A stretch of DNA of 64,000 nucleotides from an uncultured Lachnospiraceae bacterium (GTDB lineage: Bacteria > Bacillota > Clostridia > Lachnospirales > Lachnospiraceae): assembly GCA_949893755.1 (NCBI GenBank), contig CATLCV010000001.1, positions 57,091 to 121,090 on the forward strand. The letters run 5' to 3'. Below are positions 49,667 through 59,816 of the stretch, one piece after another. The stretch's first letter is position 1, and each line of letters opens with the position of its first letter. A model generated the notes under the pieces. It saw nothing but the letters and a program-made list of their open reading frames with translations. It had not been told where the DNA came from and made no database searches. Made by a program: the position numbers and the translations under genes.

Positions 49667-51568
49667 ATGCGTGATGATTTGAAAGAAATATTATATATGA
49701 TGTTGGATCATCAGTTTCATACAGCATCTAATCTGGCAGAGCTTCTTAACATCAGTCCTAAAACAGTCAGAAACAGGATCAAAGAAATCAATGCGATCGG
49801 TAAGAAGTATTACATCTGTATTGAATCAAAATCCAGATGCGGTTATATTCTGGAGCATGCCGGCGAAGAAGAGGTGCAAAAAATATTGGAAGAGCAGGCA
49901 GACATGCTTCCCGACACGAACCAGGCAAGGACAGATTATCTGCTGGCATATCTGCTGAATCACAGTGATTATACAAAGATCGAGGAATTAAGTGACTTTC
50001 TTTGTGTATCCCGTTCTACTCTGCAGGTTTCATTGAAAGCGGCAGAAGAGATCCTTGCTGAGTATGATATTAAGATTGAGCGAAAACCTAATTATGGTAT
50101 CTGCGCAAGGGGCAGTGAGTTTGATATCCGCAGATGCATTGGAGAGCATTCTATTAAAGAGCCGTTCCTTATGGGAAGTATAAAACTATACAAGCAGGAT
50201 GAGATGGAAATTCTTGCAGAAATGGTTGTTGAGCTGATTGAAAAATATAAAATACGTCTTTCGGAGCGTATACTGGATCATTTGATCATGCAGATTTATA
50301 CTGCGATGAAACGTATCAGGCATGGCTTTTATATCGAATTGCCTGAAATTGAGGATGAAAAGAGGTATCAGACAGAGTGGATCTGGGCGGAGGAGCTTGT
50401 AAAAAAACTGGAAATATGGCAGAAGATAAACTATACGGAATCTGAGATTCGGTATATCGTGATTTATCTTGCCGGCAATAAAATAGCCGGCGGTATGGAC
50501 AGTGATTGGGAGAACTTTGTTGTCCGCCGGGAGCTGGACGGGCTTATCCTGAAAATGCTGGAGCAGATTTATTACGACTATGGGATTGAGTTTCGGAATA
50601 ATTTTAATCTGCGGATGGCGCTGAATCTCCATATGGTGCCGTTTGATATCCGTATGCGTTACAATATGAAAATCCGGAATCCAATTTTAGGAGATATAAA
50701 GAAAAACTATGTCTTCGCATATATGCTTGCTTCTTATGGATGTAGTAATGTGCTTGAAAAACATTACCAGATGCCTGTATCGGATGATGAAACAGGGTAT
50801 TTTGCGATGACGTTTGCATTAGCTTTAGAACAGATGGAAACAGAAGTTCCAAAGGCGCGGATACTGATCATCTGCGCTGCGGGACGCGGAAGCTCTCAGC
50901 TTATACGGTATAAATATGAACGGGAATTTGGCAAATATCTGGATAAAATTTATGTATGCGGGGTATATGAGCTTTCATCATTTGATTTCAGCAAAGTGGA
51001 TTATATATTTACTACTGTCCCCATTCACCAGAAGGTGCCGCTGCCGATCATAGAAGTCGGACAATTCCTGGAAAGTCCGGACATTGTGAAGGTCAGAAAC
51101 ATATTGGGAAAAAAGCATATTAGTTTTTTGAGCAATTATTATAAGGAAAAGCACTTCTTTACAGAAGTAGAAGGCAGAACGAAAGAGGCGGCGTTGAAAA
51201 ATATATGCAGGAGAATCGAAGTTCAAAGAAAGCTTCCAGATGGGTTTTATGAAGCTTTATTGCAGCGTGAACAGCTTGCGCAGACGGACTTTGGTAATTT
51301 AACTGCAATGCCACATCCGCATAAAGTTTTAACAGAAGAGACATTTGTATATGTGGCGATATTAAAAGAGCAGATTCTATGGACAGTAAATCCTGTTCAG
51401 TTTGTATTGTTGATTTCTGTTGGCAAATGTGATGACCCGCATCTGCCCGACTTTTATGAGGTGACCTCAAAGTTTTTCTGGCAGAAGGAAATGATACAAA
51501 GGGTCATAGAAGAAAAGAGTTTTACTGTATTGATGCAGATGCTGTATCAGATTTATTATACATTGTAA
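49667..51568 (+). CDS. PRD-containing regulator (LicR/BglG family)
   Basis: HTH LAELLNISPKTVRN, PRDs, ICAAGRGSS, AMPHP EIIA-like domain. Confidence 0.9.
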   Translation: MRDDLKEILYMMLDHQFHTASNLAELLNISPKTVRNRIKEINAIGKKYYICIESKSRCGYILEHAGEEEVQKILEEQADMLPDTNQARTDYLLAYLLNHSDYTKIEELSDFLCVSRSTLQVSLKAAEEILAEYDIKIERKPNYGICARGSEFDIRRCIGEHSIKEPFLMGSIKLYKQDEMEILAEMVVELIEKYKIRLSERILDHLIMQIYTAMKRIRHGFYIELPEIEDEKRYQTEWIWAEELVKKLEIWQKINYTESEIRYIVIYLAGNKIAGGMDSDWENFVVRRELDGLILKMLEQIYYDYGIEFRNNFNLRMALNLHMVPFDIRMRYNMKIRNPILGDIKKNYVFAYMLASYGCSNVLEKHYQMPVSDDETGYFAMTFALALEQMETEVPKARILIICAAGRGSSQLIRYKYEREFGKYLDKIYVCGVYELSSFDFSKVDYIFTTVPIHQKVPLPIIEVGQFLESPDIVKVRNILGKKHISFLSNYYKEKHFFTEVEGRTKEAALKNICRRIEVQRKLPDGFYEALLQREQLAQTDFGNLTAMPHPHKVLTEETFVYVAILKEQILWTVNPVQFVLLISVGKCDDPHLPDFYEVTSKFFWQKEMIQRVIEEKSFTVLMQMLYQIYYTL

Positions 51569-51663
51569 AAATTGGTAAAGGGATAGATTTCCCTCAAGTC
51601 TCATGCTTTACAAGACAGAAAGGGATTTTTATAAAGGAAAAAAAATATTCAGGAGGAAAAAAC

Positions 51664-51972
51664 ATGTTTAAAGTAAGATTATTTTGTGCAGCAGGGATGT
51701 CAACCAGTCTGTTGGTGAGCAAAATGAAGGAAGCCGCGAAGGAGATGGGATTGGACGCTGATATTGAAGCGATGGCGGAAGCAAAGATGGCCAGTGAAAT
51801 TGACGGCATCGATGCAGTGCTGCTTGGACCGCAGATCCGGTACAAATTAAATGAGGCAAAGAAAGTGTGTGAGCCGAAACAGGTTCCGGTAGATGTAATC
51901 CCTATGACGGATTACGGCACGATGAACGGAAAGAATGTTTTGAATTTTGCGCTGAAACTGGCTGGAAAATAA
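51664..51972 (+). CDS. PTS lactose/cellobiose family EIIB
   Basis: LFCAAGMSTSLLV, LLGPQ, DYGTMNG. Confidence 0.95.
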   Translation: MFKVRLFCAAGMSTSLLVSKMKEAAKEMGLDADIEAMAEAKMASEIDGIDAVLLGPQIRYKLNEAKKVCEPKQVPVDVIPMTDYGTMNGKNVLNFALKLAGK

Positions 51973-51991
51973 AGAGAAGGATGACAGGAGT

Positions 51992-53482
51992 ATGACCGAA
52001 CAATACAGAGTGTTTGAAGCAGAGCTTACCGGCACTGAGAAAGGAAATCCTTATACCGATGTCTGGCTGAAGGCAGCATTTCAAAATGACGCGGAAAAAA
52101 TAGAAGTAAACGGCTTTTACTGTGGAAACGGTATTTATAAAATCCGTTTTATGCCTGCAAAACCCGGAGTATGGAATGCAGTTACAAGATCAAATGATCC
52201 GCTGCTTAACAATATGGAACTGCTTTGTGAATGTGTAGCTGCCGGCGAAGGGAATCATGGACGGGTGCTGCGTAAAAATGAGGTTCTGGGGAAGGACGGT
52301 TTTTCCGGCGAAGACAGTTTTCATTTTATGTATGAAGACGGCACAAAGTTTCAGCCCTTTGGAACCACCTGCTACGCCTGGATCAACCAAGAGGAAGAAA
52401 TTCAGGAGCAGACGCTGGAAACGCTGAAAAATTCGTGCTTTAATAAAGTGCGGATGTGTATTTTTCCAAAGTATTATACATATAATACAAAAAATCCCCT
52501 CAATTATGCTTTTGAAGGAAATGAAGCAGACGGCTTTGATCTTACACGATTTTATCCGCCCTTCTGGGAAAATCTGGAGAAGCGCATCAGGCAGCTTGAT
52601 GCACTTGGAATTGAGGCAGACATCATTTTGCTGCATCCCTATGACAGGTGGGGATTCTCAAAAATGAGCAGAGAAACGGATGTATTCTATTTAAAGTATA
52701 CGGTTGACCGGCTGTGCCATTTCAAGAATGTATGGTGGTCGCTTGCAAATGAATTTGACCTGCTTACATGGAAATCCATAGAAGACTGGGAGCTGTATGC
52801 ACGTGTGATCATGAGAAGAGATTGTTACGGCCATCTGCGTTCCATACATAATTGTTTCAAAATGTACGACCACTCCCGTCCGTGGATCACACATGCAAGC
52901 ATCCAGCGGATTGATATTTATAAGACATCAGAAGCAGTTACTGAGTGGAGGGAGCAGTACCACAAACCAATTGTAGTAGACGAATGCGCTTATGAAGGGA
53001 ATATTAATTTGGGCTGGGGAAACATTACGGGGGAAGAAATGACAAGACGCTTCTGGGAGGGCTGTATCCGGGGCGGGTACCTCTCCCATGGCGAGGTCTA
53101 CGTTCAGCATGAGAAAATTTGGTGGGCGCACGGCGGCAGGCTGCATGGAGCATCTTATCCAAGAATCGCCTTTTTAAAAGAAATTATGGATGATGTTCCA
53201 CATAAAGCCGCACCGCTGAAGCTGACGCCGGAAAACAGGAAGGAAAACTGGGATGTTCCATGCCTGTGCAGGGAAGATGACAATTCATTTTTCTTGTATT
53301 ATTTTGGATTTTCCCAACCGTCTTTCCGCATTTTTAAGCTGCCAGAAGGCCATAAGTATAAAATAGAACTGATTGATACTTGGAATATGACTATTCAGAA
53401 GCTGCCAGGAACCTATGTCGGAGAAATACGTGTGGAACTGCCGCAAAAGCAGTATATGGCTGTCCGGATAAAAAAAGTCTGA
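51992..53482 (+). CDS. DUF5060/DUF4038/DUF5605-type putative glycoside hydrolase
   Basis: GNPY..GFY..RFMP Ig-like N-terminus, GTTCYAW, FNKVRMC.FPK, WSLANEFD, VDECAYEG, IDTWNMT. Confidence 0.75.
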   Translation: MTEQYRVFEAELTGTEKGNPYTDVWLKAAFQNDAEKIEVNGFYCGNGIYKIRFMPAKPGVWNAVTRSNDPLLNNMELLCECVAAGEGNHGRVLRKNEVLGKDGFSGEDSFHFMYEDGTKFQPFGTTCYAWINQEEEIQEQTLETLKNSCFNKVRMCIFPKYYTYNTKNPLNYAFEGNEADGFDLTRFYPPFWENLEKRIRQLDALGIEADIILLHPYDRWGFSKMSRETDVFYLKYTVDRLCHFKNVWWSLANEFDLLTWKSIEDWELYARVIMRRDCYGHLRSIHNCFKMYDHSRPWITHASIQRIDIYKTSEAVTEWREQYHKPIVVDECAYEGNINLGWGNITGEEMTRRFWEGCIRGGYLSHGEVYVQHEKIWWAHGGRLHGASYPRIAFLKEIMDDVPHKAAPLKLTPENRKENWDVPCLCREDDNSFFLYYFGFSQPSFRIFKLPEGHKYKIELIDTWNMTIQKLPGTYVGEIRVELPQKQYMAVRIKKV

Positions 53483-53531
53483 TAAAAAGAAAACAGTTAT
53501 ATGGAAGTACGACATTGCATACTATTTCCCA

Positions 53532-53573
53532 GAAAAAACTGCCGCACCCAATCCCCGGTGCGGCAGTTTTTTC
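53532..53573. terminator. Bidirectional terminator
   Basis: GAAAAAACTGCCGCACC-N8-GGTGCGGCAGTTTTTTC perfect stem with tails on both sides. Confidence 0.85.
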
Positions 53574-53588
53574 AAATGCCGTTATTCT

Positions 53589-54995
53589 TTACATCTGAAA
53601 TCCGAAATACCGTACCGCATTCCGGTAAGAGATATCCTCCACCATGCATCCCAGCACTTCCATATCTGCCGGATATTCCCCGTTCTCGACCCATCCGCCG
53701 ATCAGTTCGCACAGGATCCTCCGGAAATATTCGTGCCTGGTATAGGACAGGAAGCTCCTGGAATCCGTCAGCATCCCGATGAAGTTCCCCAGCAGTCCTA
53801 AGTTTGCCAGAGAGGTCATCTGCTCCGTCATTCCGGCCTTATGGTCATTGAACCACCACGCGGAACCCTGCTGGATCTTCCCCACGGTCCCTGCGTCCTG
53901 GAAGCATCCCAGAATGGTTCCGATGGCCGCGTTGTCATTGGGGTTCAAGCTGTAAAGAATCGTCTTCGGCAGCTGATCCGTTGCATTCAATGCATTCAGG
54001 AAATCCGCCATCTGCGCGGACGGCGCATAATTATCGATGCAGTCATATCCGGTATCCGGTCCAAGCTGGCCGTAACGAAACACATTGTTATCCCGCTTGC
54101 AGCCATAATGGATCTGCATTGCCCATCCCAGACGGTGATATTCCTTTCCTACGAAAATCATGTATGCTGTTTTAAACTGCAAGACCTCTTCCTTTGTCAG
54201 AGCCTTGCCTTCCAGCCGCTTCGCGAAAAGCTCCTCGATCCGGCTCTCCTCCGCCGGCGCGTACATCACGTATTCCAGAGCATGATCCGACACCTTGCAG
54301 CCCATACTGTCAAAAAATTCCATTCTCTTTTTCAGAGCCGCCTTTAAATCCCCGAAACTCCTGATCTCCATGCCTGCCGCATCCCCCAGCTTTGCGAGAT
54401 ACTCTGTATAATCCGGCTTCTCGATATTCATCGCTTTATCCGGTCTCCATGCCGGAAGCACCTGAACGTCAAATGTGTCATCCTCCGCAATGACTTTATG
54501 CCATTCCAGGGAATCCGCCGGGTCATCCGTGGTGCATAGCAGCGTCACATTGGACTGACGGATCAGATTGCGCACGCTCATCCCATCCTTCTGCAGCTTC
54601 GCGTTGCAGAGGTTCCACACCTCTTCCGCCGTCTTTCCATTCAAATACCCATGATAGCCGAAATACCTCTGCAGCTCCAGATGGCTCCAGTGATACAGCG
54701 GATTGCCAATAGCCTTCTCCAGAGTTTCCGCCCATTTCTGGAACTTCTCCCGGTCAGAAGCGTCCCCGGTGATATACTTTTCGTCCACTCCGTTGGAACG
54801 CATCTGACGCCATTTATAGTGGTCTCCTCCCAGCCATACCTGGGTGATGTTCTCAAACTTCCTGTCCTTCGCGATCTCCTCCGGATTGATATGGCAATGG
54901 TAATCCAGAATCGGCATCTTTGCCGCATGCTCATGGAATAATGTCTTTGCAGTTTCTGTACTTAATAAAAAATCCTGATCCATAAATTGTTTCAT
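53589..54995 (-). CDS. uxaC: Glucuronate/galacturonate (uronate) isomerase
   Basis: DYHCH, WLGGDHYKWR, GNPLYHWSHLEL, CTTDDP, AWWFND, GMLTDSRSFLSY.RHEYFRR. Confidence 0.97.
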   Translation of the reverse strand: MKQFMDQDFLLSTETAKTLFHEHAAKMPILDYHCHINPEEIAKDRKFENITQVWLGGDHYKWRQMRSNGVDEKYITGDASDREKFQKWAETLEKAIGNPLYHWSHLELQRYFGYHGYLNGKTAEEVWNLCNAKLQKDGMSVRNLIRQSNVTLLCTTDDPADSLEWHKVIAEDDTFDVQVLPAWRPDKAMNIEKPDYTEYLAKLGDAAGMEIRSFGDLKAALKKRMEFFDSMGCKVSDHALEYVMYAPAEESRIEELFAKRLEGKALTKEEVLQFKTAYMIFVGKEYHRLGWAMQIHYGCKRDNNVFRYGQLGPDTGYDCIDNYAPSAQMADFLNALNATDQLPKTILYSLNPNDNAAIGTILGCFQDAGTVGKIQQGSAWWFNDHKAGMTEQMTSLANLGLLGNFIGMLTDSRSFLSYTRHEYFRRILCELIGGWVENGEYPADMEVLGCMVEDISYRNAVRYFGFQM

Positions 54996-55017
54996 TCCTA
55001 TTCCCTCTCTTTCTTTA

Positions 55018-56325
55018 TTATACATACCCCATCAGACTCGGCAGCCACAGCGAGATCTGCGGGATATAGGTTACCAGCAGAAGCACGATAAAGATTGCCG
55101 CAAAGTAAACCAAAAGCTGTTTAAACACCGTCTCGATCTTTACATTTCCCACACGGACGCCAACAAACAGCGTGGTCCCCACCGGAGGCGTAATCGTTCC
55201 GATACACAGGTTGAAGATCATCATGATCCCGAAATGGATCGTATTCATCCCCAGCGCCGTACACACGGGCAGGAAGATCGGTGTAAAGATCAGACATGCC
55301 GGGGTCATATCCATAAATGTACCTACCACCAGCAGCAGGATATTGATGATCAGCAGGATAATGAACTTATTGTTTGTCAGTCCCAGCAGGCCGTTGGAGA
55401 TTGCTGTCGGGATTCCGGTAAATGCCATGACCCACGACATGATACTGGAAACACCGATCAGGAAAATGATGATCCCCGTCATCTCCGCGCTGTCCTTAAA
55501 AAGCTGCGGCAGTTCTTTCAGCTTGATGGATTTGTAAAAAAACAGGGACAGGATCAGGCTGTATACGACCGCCACGACCGACCCCTCCGTAGCTGTAAAG
55601 ATTCCGAATATGATCCCGCCGATGACGATCACGATCAGCAGCAGGCATGGGATCGCCTGGAGCAGCACCTGCATCGCTTCCTTTCCGGTAAACCGGGAAG
55701 TACTCTGATACCCTTTTTTCTTTGCCAGCACATAGATCACCAGCATACACGCAAGCCCCCAAAGAAAACCCGGCACATATCCCGCCATGAAGAGCGCGGC
55801 TACGGATGTTCCTCCGCTGACCAGAGAAAATGTGATCATTACATTACTGGGCGGGATCAGAAGCCCGGTTGGCGCGGTGGCAATATTGGCAGCCGCGGAA
55901 AAGTTGGGGTCATACCCTTCTTCCTTTTCAATCGGTCCGATGATAGAGCCCATGGCGGACGCGGCAGCCGTGCCGGAACCGGATATGGAGCCAAACAGCA
56001 TATTTGCCACTACATTTGTCTGGGCAAGGGCTCCCGGCGTGCGTCCGGTCACCAGCTTTGCCAGGTTAATCAGCCGGACGGCGATCCCTCCCTTGTTCAT
56101 AATATTTCCCGCAAGGATAAAGAATGGAATCGCCAGAAGTGAAAACACCGAGATTCCTGAAAATATCCTCTGCGCCCCTGTTACAACCGTTGCCTCAAAA
56201 TTCAGGATCGGCAGGATCGCGCAGATGGATGAAACTCCGAGGGCGACCGCGATCGGCATACCGGCTACAAGCATGATCACAAGCATTACTAAAATAATCA
56301 GTCCGGATAATACTGCTATATCCAT
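55018..56325 (-). CDS. TRAP transporter large permease (DctM)
   Basis: LLAIPFFILAG, FGSISGS, LIPPS, FTATE, ITPPVG. Confidence 0.95.
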   Translation of the reverse strand: MDIAVLSGLIILVMLVIMLVAGMPIAVALGVSSICAILPILNFEATVVTGAQRIFSGISVFSLLAIPFFILAGNIMNKGGIAVRLINLAKLVTGRTPGALAQTNVVANMLFGSISGSGTAAASAMGSIIGPIEKEEGYDPNFSAAANIATAPTGLLIPPSNVMITFSLVSGGTSVAALFMAGYVPGFLWGLACMLVIYVLAKKKGYQSTSRFTGKEAMQVLLQAIPCLLLIVIVIGGIIFGIFTATEGSVVAVVYSLILSLFFYKSIKLKELPQLFKDSAEMTGIIIFLIGVSSIMSWVMAFTGIPTAISNGLLGLTNNKFIILLIINILLLVVGTFMDMTPACLIFTPIFLPVCTALGMNTIHFGIMMIFNLCIGTITPPVGTTLFVGVRVGNVKIETVFKQLLVYFAAIFIVLLLVTYIPQISLWLPSLMGYV

Positions 56326-56427
56326 AGAAAAATCCTCCTTTATATGTAACCAATTTGCGTAGCAAATTGATTGCCTTCTTGCCCGCCATCTGCGAAGCTG
56401 ATTTTTAATGCGGGCAATTCCCGTACT

Positions 56428-56937
56428 TTATTCCTGGGCCTCCTCCGTATCGCCCAGCTCGATCCTTCCCGCACACAGGTCAATGATATTGAGAACCGTA
56501 TAAATCACGATCAGGACGCCGCTCAGCGGCACCACCGTATAGACGGTTCCCATAGGGATCCCCAGGGATGCCGTCACCTGCGTCATAGTCAGGTTCATGA
56601 TCCGGATTCCGCCGAAGATCAATACGATCACGGCAAATGCCAGGATCAGCGCTTCGATCACGACTTCCAGCGCCAGCCTCTTTTTCCCGGTCAGCTTATC
56701 CGCCAGAAATCCCATGCGCATATGGTCCCTTTTTCCGAATACATAGGCGGATGACAGCAGAGCCATCCAGGTGAAGCTGTATGTCAGCAGCTCTTCTGAA
56801 ACCGTGCTGGGGCTGTTGAAGAAATAACGTACTACAATCTGGTATGTCCCGATGCATACCATAAACGCGAATATCACAAAACATGCAGAGCTTAAAACCC
56901 AATCCATTCCTTTTCGGAGTGTTTTCAATGCATTCAT
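56428..56937 (-). CDS. TRAP transporter small permease (DctQ)
   Basis: QIVVRY..SEEL..Y.F.W, 4 TM. Confidence 0.92.
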   Translation of the reverse strand: MNALKTLRKGMDWVLSSACFVIFAFMVCIGTYQIVVRYFFNSPSTVSEELLTYSFTWMALLSSAYVFGKRDHMRMGFLADKLTGKKRLALEVVIEALILAFAVIVLIFGGIRIMNLTMTQVTASLGIPMGTVYTVVPLSGVLIVIYTVLNIIDLCAGRIELGDTEEAQE

Positions 56938-57983
56938 GACTCATCTGCCTCCTTTTCCTGACCTGCTTCCTTGTTGACCTCCTGGATATGGTCGTAGAAG
57001 TCCCTGATCTTCGGGTTCTCCTCCAGCATCTCCTCATGCAGAGGCAGTACCTTCTCTTTAAATGCCTCCACATCCACCTCCGAGAACTGGACACCCATGT
57101 CCTCCTCCGCGATCCGCTTCGCCTCTGCTACCTGCTCATCCCAGTTCTCCATCTCCACTTCCGTGGAAATCCTTGCTGCCTCTGTAAATACTTCCCGTTC
57201 CTCATCCGACAGCCCTTCCAGGAATTTCAGGTTTGCGATCAGCATATCCGGCACCATCTGGTGGTTGTTGTAGGCGTAATATTTCGCGACCTCGCCGTGC
57301 TTGTTGTTGGTCAGAGCGAGCTCATTGTTCTCCGCCCCGTCGATCACCCCCTGCTGGATTGCCGTATAGACCTCCCCAAAGCTCATGGGGGACGCCGCCG
57401 CGCCGAATGCCTGTGTCATGGCCACGCTGGCCGGCGACTGCTGTACACGGATCTTCTTGCCCTTCAGGTCATCCGGCGTCTCGATGGGTGTCTTGGCGTA
57501 GAAGCTCCTGGTCCCTGCATTGTACCAGGTCATAACGCGGAAGCCTGCTTCGTCCGTGGATTCATAGATCTGCTCCATATAATCCGTGTCCATCATCGTC
57601 TCATGGTAAGCTTCCACGGAGTCAAATAAGTAAGGCATACTGAATATCTCATAGACACTGGCAAAGGTCTCCAGGTTGGCCGTACCGGCAACGACAAAAT
57701 CAATGGCGCCCGTCTGGGTCAGCTCGATCGCCCTCTGGGCCGCCCCCAGGATCTCATTTGGAAAAATCTGCACCTCGTACCGGTCTCCCAGATTATCCTC
57801 CACGTATTCCTTGAACGCGAGCAGTCCAAGGTGCTCCGGGTGGGTCTCCGACTGCGCGTGAGAGATCCGCACGATCCTTCTGCGCCCTGATGTCCCGCCG
57901 GTGCCCGATGAAGCACATCCTGCCAGCCCCGCCGCCATACAGATACATAAGGCTGCAGATAACCATCTTTTCATACGACTCAT
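56934..57983 (-). CDS. TRAP transporter substrate-binding lipoprotein (DctP)
   Basis: Lipobox LAGC, DLKGKKIRV, EVYTAIQQGVIDGAENN. Confidence 0.93.
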   Translation of the reverse strand: MSRMKRWLSAALCICMAAGLAGCASSGTGGTSGRRRIVRISHAQSETHPEHLGLLAFKEYVEDNLGDRYEVQIFPNEILGAAQRAIELTQTGAIDFVVAGTANLETFASVYEIFSMPYLFDSVEAYHETMMDTDYMEQIYESTDEAGFRVMTWYNAGTRSFYAKTPIETPDDLKGKKIRVQQSPASVAMTQAFGAAASPMSFGEVYTAIQQGVIDGAENNELALTNNKHGEVAKYYAYNNHQMVPDMLIANLKFLEGLSDEEREVFTEAARISTEVEMENWDEQVAEAKRIAEEDMGVQFSEVDVEAFKEKVLPLHEEMLEENPKIRDFYDHIQEVNKEAGQEKEADES

Positions 57984-58057
57984 GTTTCTCTTTCCTTTCT
58001 TTTTTCGATGTTTTTCGTCTCCATTTTTCACATCATCAGGTGAACCATTCCTTATGA

Positions 58058-58105
58058 TGTAAGCACTTACATTTTTATTGTAAATATAGAACACAAAAAA
58101 GTCAA
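58058..58105 (-). promoter_or_regulatory. TRAP-uxaC promoter and LacI-type operator
   Basis: TTGACT-N17-TACAAT then TGTAAGTGCTTACA, 1 mismatch from the uxaA operator. Confidence 0.75.
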
Positions 58106-58281
58106 TATGTAAAATATTTTTCGTCAATCTGCTTATTTTTTGCTTCTATTTTCCTTTATTTAATCCTGTTTTTTTGTGCATTTATACCTATTTATTCTAT
58201 TTCACAGTTTTGGACATTCTTGAAATGTAATCCCTTACATAATTGTCGCATCCGGCCCGGCAATCGTTTTACAAAAATAAA

Positions 58282-58376
58282 ACTGGCTGAAAATGGCTGT
58301 ATCCATTCGATATAGCACTGTGATATCTGATAAGATCACTTGATATATCGTAGAGATACAGCCATTTTCAGCCAGT
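58282..58376. repeat. 95-bp inverted-repeat element (22-bp perfect arms)
   Basis: ACTGGCTGAAAATGGCTGTATC ... GATACAGCCATTTTCAGCCAGT with inner CGATATA/TATATCG pairing. Confidence 0.8.
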
Positions 58377-58397
58377 CCCTCCAGCCAAAAGCCTCTC

Positions 58398-58817
58398 CTA
58401 TGCCAGATTTTCAGGCCCAAAGCCCAACGGCATCAGTTCTTTTAGCTTATATATTTTATAATCTTCCTTCCCGGTCGCCAGTATGATCTCAAATTCCTCC
58501 AGATCGCAGAATTCCATCATCACCTGCCTGCATACCCCGCAGGGCGGTGTATAAGATTCCAGTCTCCCATCCGGACCGCCTAAAATGCAGATTGCCCGAA
58601 AGCTCCTGACCCCTTCGCTGACCGCCTTGAAAAATGCAGTCCTCTCCGCACAGTTTGTCGGAGTATATGCCGCGTTTTCAATATTGCATCCTGTATATAT
58701 GCTCCCGTTCTGTGCGAGGAGAGCCGCGCCGACTCTGAAACCGGAATAGGGCACATAGGAATATTGGAGCTGGTCTGCCGCCGTCTCGATCAATTCCATG
58801 ACCTGCTCATGCCTCAT
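58398..58817 (-). CDS. cdd: Cytidine deaminase
   Basis: YVPYSGFRVGAA, GCNIENA.Y, CAERTA, PCGVCRQ; AGGAGG RBS. Confidence 0.96.
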   Translation of the reverse strand: MRHEQVMELIETAADQLQYSYVPYSGFRVGAALLAQNGSIYTGCNIENAAYTPTNCAERTAFFKAVSEGVRSFRAICILGGPDGRLESYTPPCGVCRQVMMEFCDLEEFEIILATGKEDYKIYKLKELMPLGFGPENLA

Positions 58818-58885
58818 ACGATGTCCTCCTTTTACAAACCAATCTGCTTCACAGATAGAAATTTCTCTCCGCTTTTCATTTAGAA

Positions 58886-59659
58886 TCACTCCTGATCTTC
58901 CCGGATCAGATTCCGGATCGCTTCCACCGCAATGCGGATTGCCATATCCGTATCATGCACCACCGGATTATCCAGCCCGGCTTTTTCCCGCTCCTGATTG
59001 GCCATAACCAGGAAGCAGGAGCCGATCCTAACACCCAGACTGCTTGCCACAACAAACAATGCCGCCGATTCCATTTCCGATGCCAGGCATCCCAGCCGTT
59101 TCCACGCCTCCCATTTATCCAGCAGCTCATAGCTCACAGGCTTCAATTCCGGGGAATGCTGTCCGTAAAAGGAATCCTTGCACTGTACGACGCCTACATG
59201 ATAATCCTGTTCCAGCTTCTTCGCCGCTTTGATCAGGGCATTTACGATCCCGATATCCGCCACTGCCGGAAATTCGATGGGCGCATATTCCCGGCTCGTC
59301 CCTTCCATCCGGATCGCGCCGCTTGCGATCACCACATCGCCGCTTCTCACATCCGTCTGCATGCCGCCGCAGGTTCCGATCCGGATAAAGGTATCTGCCC
59401 CGGACATGACAAGCTCCTCCATCGCGATCGCTGCCGAAGGACCGCCGATGCCTGTGGAGGTCACACTCACCTTCACCCCGTCCAGATAACCGGTATAGGT
59501 CACATATTCCCTGCTGTCCGCTACCAGCTCCGCACGGTCAAAATACTTCGCGATCTTTGCGCAGCGCTTTGGGTCTCCCGGCAGGATCACATATTTCCCT
59601 ACATCGCCTTTCCCCACCTGGATATGATACTGTTTCCCTTCCTGTTCCGAATAATTCAT
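58886..59659 (-). CDS. udp: Uridine phosphorylase
   Basis: [38 protein letters not shown]. Confidence 0.94.
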   Translation of the reverse strand: MNYSEQEGKQYHIQVGKGDVGKYVILPGDPKRCAKIAKYFDRAELVADSREYVTYTGYLDGVKVSVTSTGIGGPSAAIAMEELVMSGADTFIRIGTCGGMQTDVRSGDVVIASGAIRMEGTSREYAPIEFPAVADIGIVNALIKAAKKLEQDYHVGVVQCKDSFYGQHSPELKPVSYELLDKWEAWKRLGCLASEMESAALFVVASSLGVRIGSCFLVMANQEREKAGLDNPVVHDTDMAIRIAVEAIRNLIREDQE

Positions 59660-59816
59660 ACAACACGCTCCCTTTCTTTTCACAGCCTTCCGGCATTTCT
59701 GATGTTACTGATGGTTCTGATAAGAGTATTGTACCAGTAATCTTCCTTTTGAGAAAGAGCTTTCACTATTTTTATTCAAAAAAGAGCGCGCCGTCCGATG
59801 CGCGCTCCCACATACT

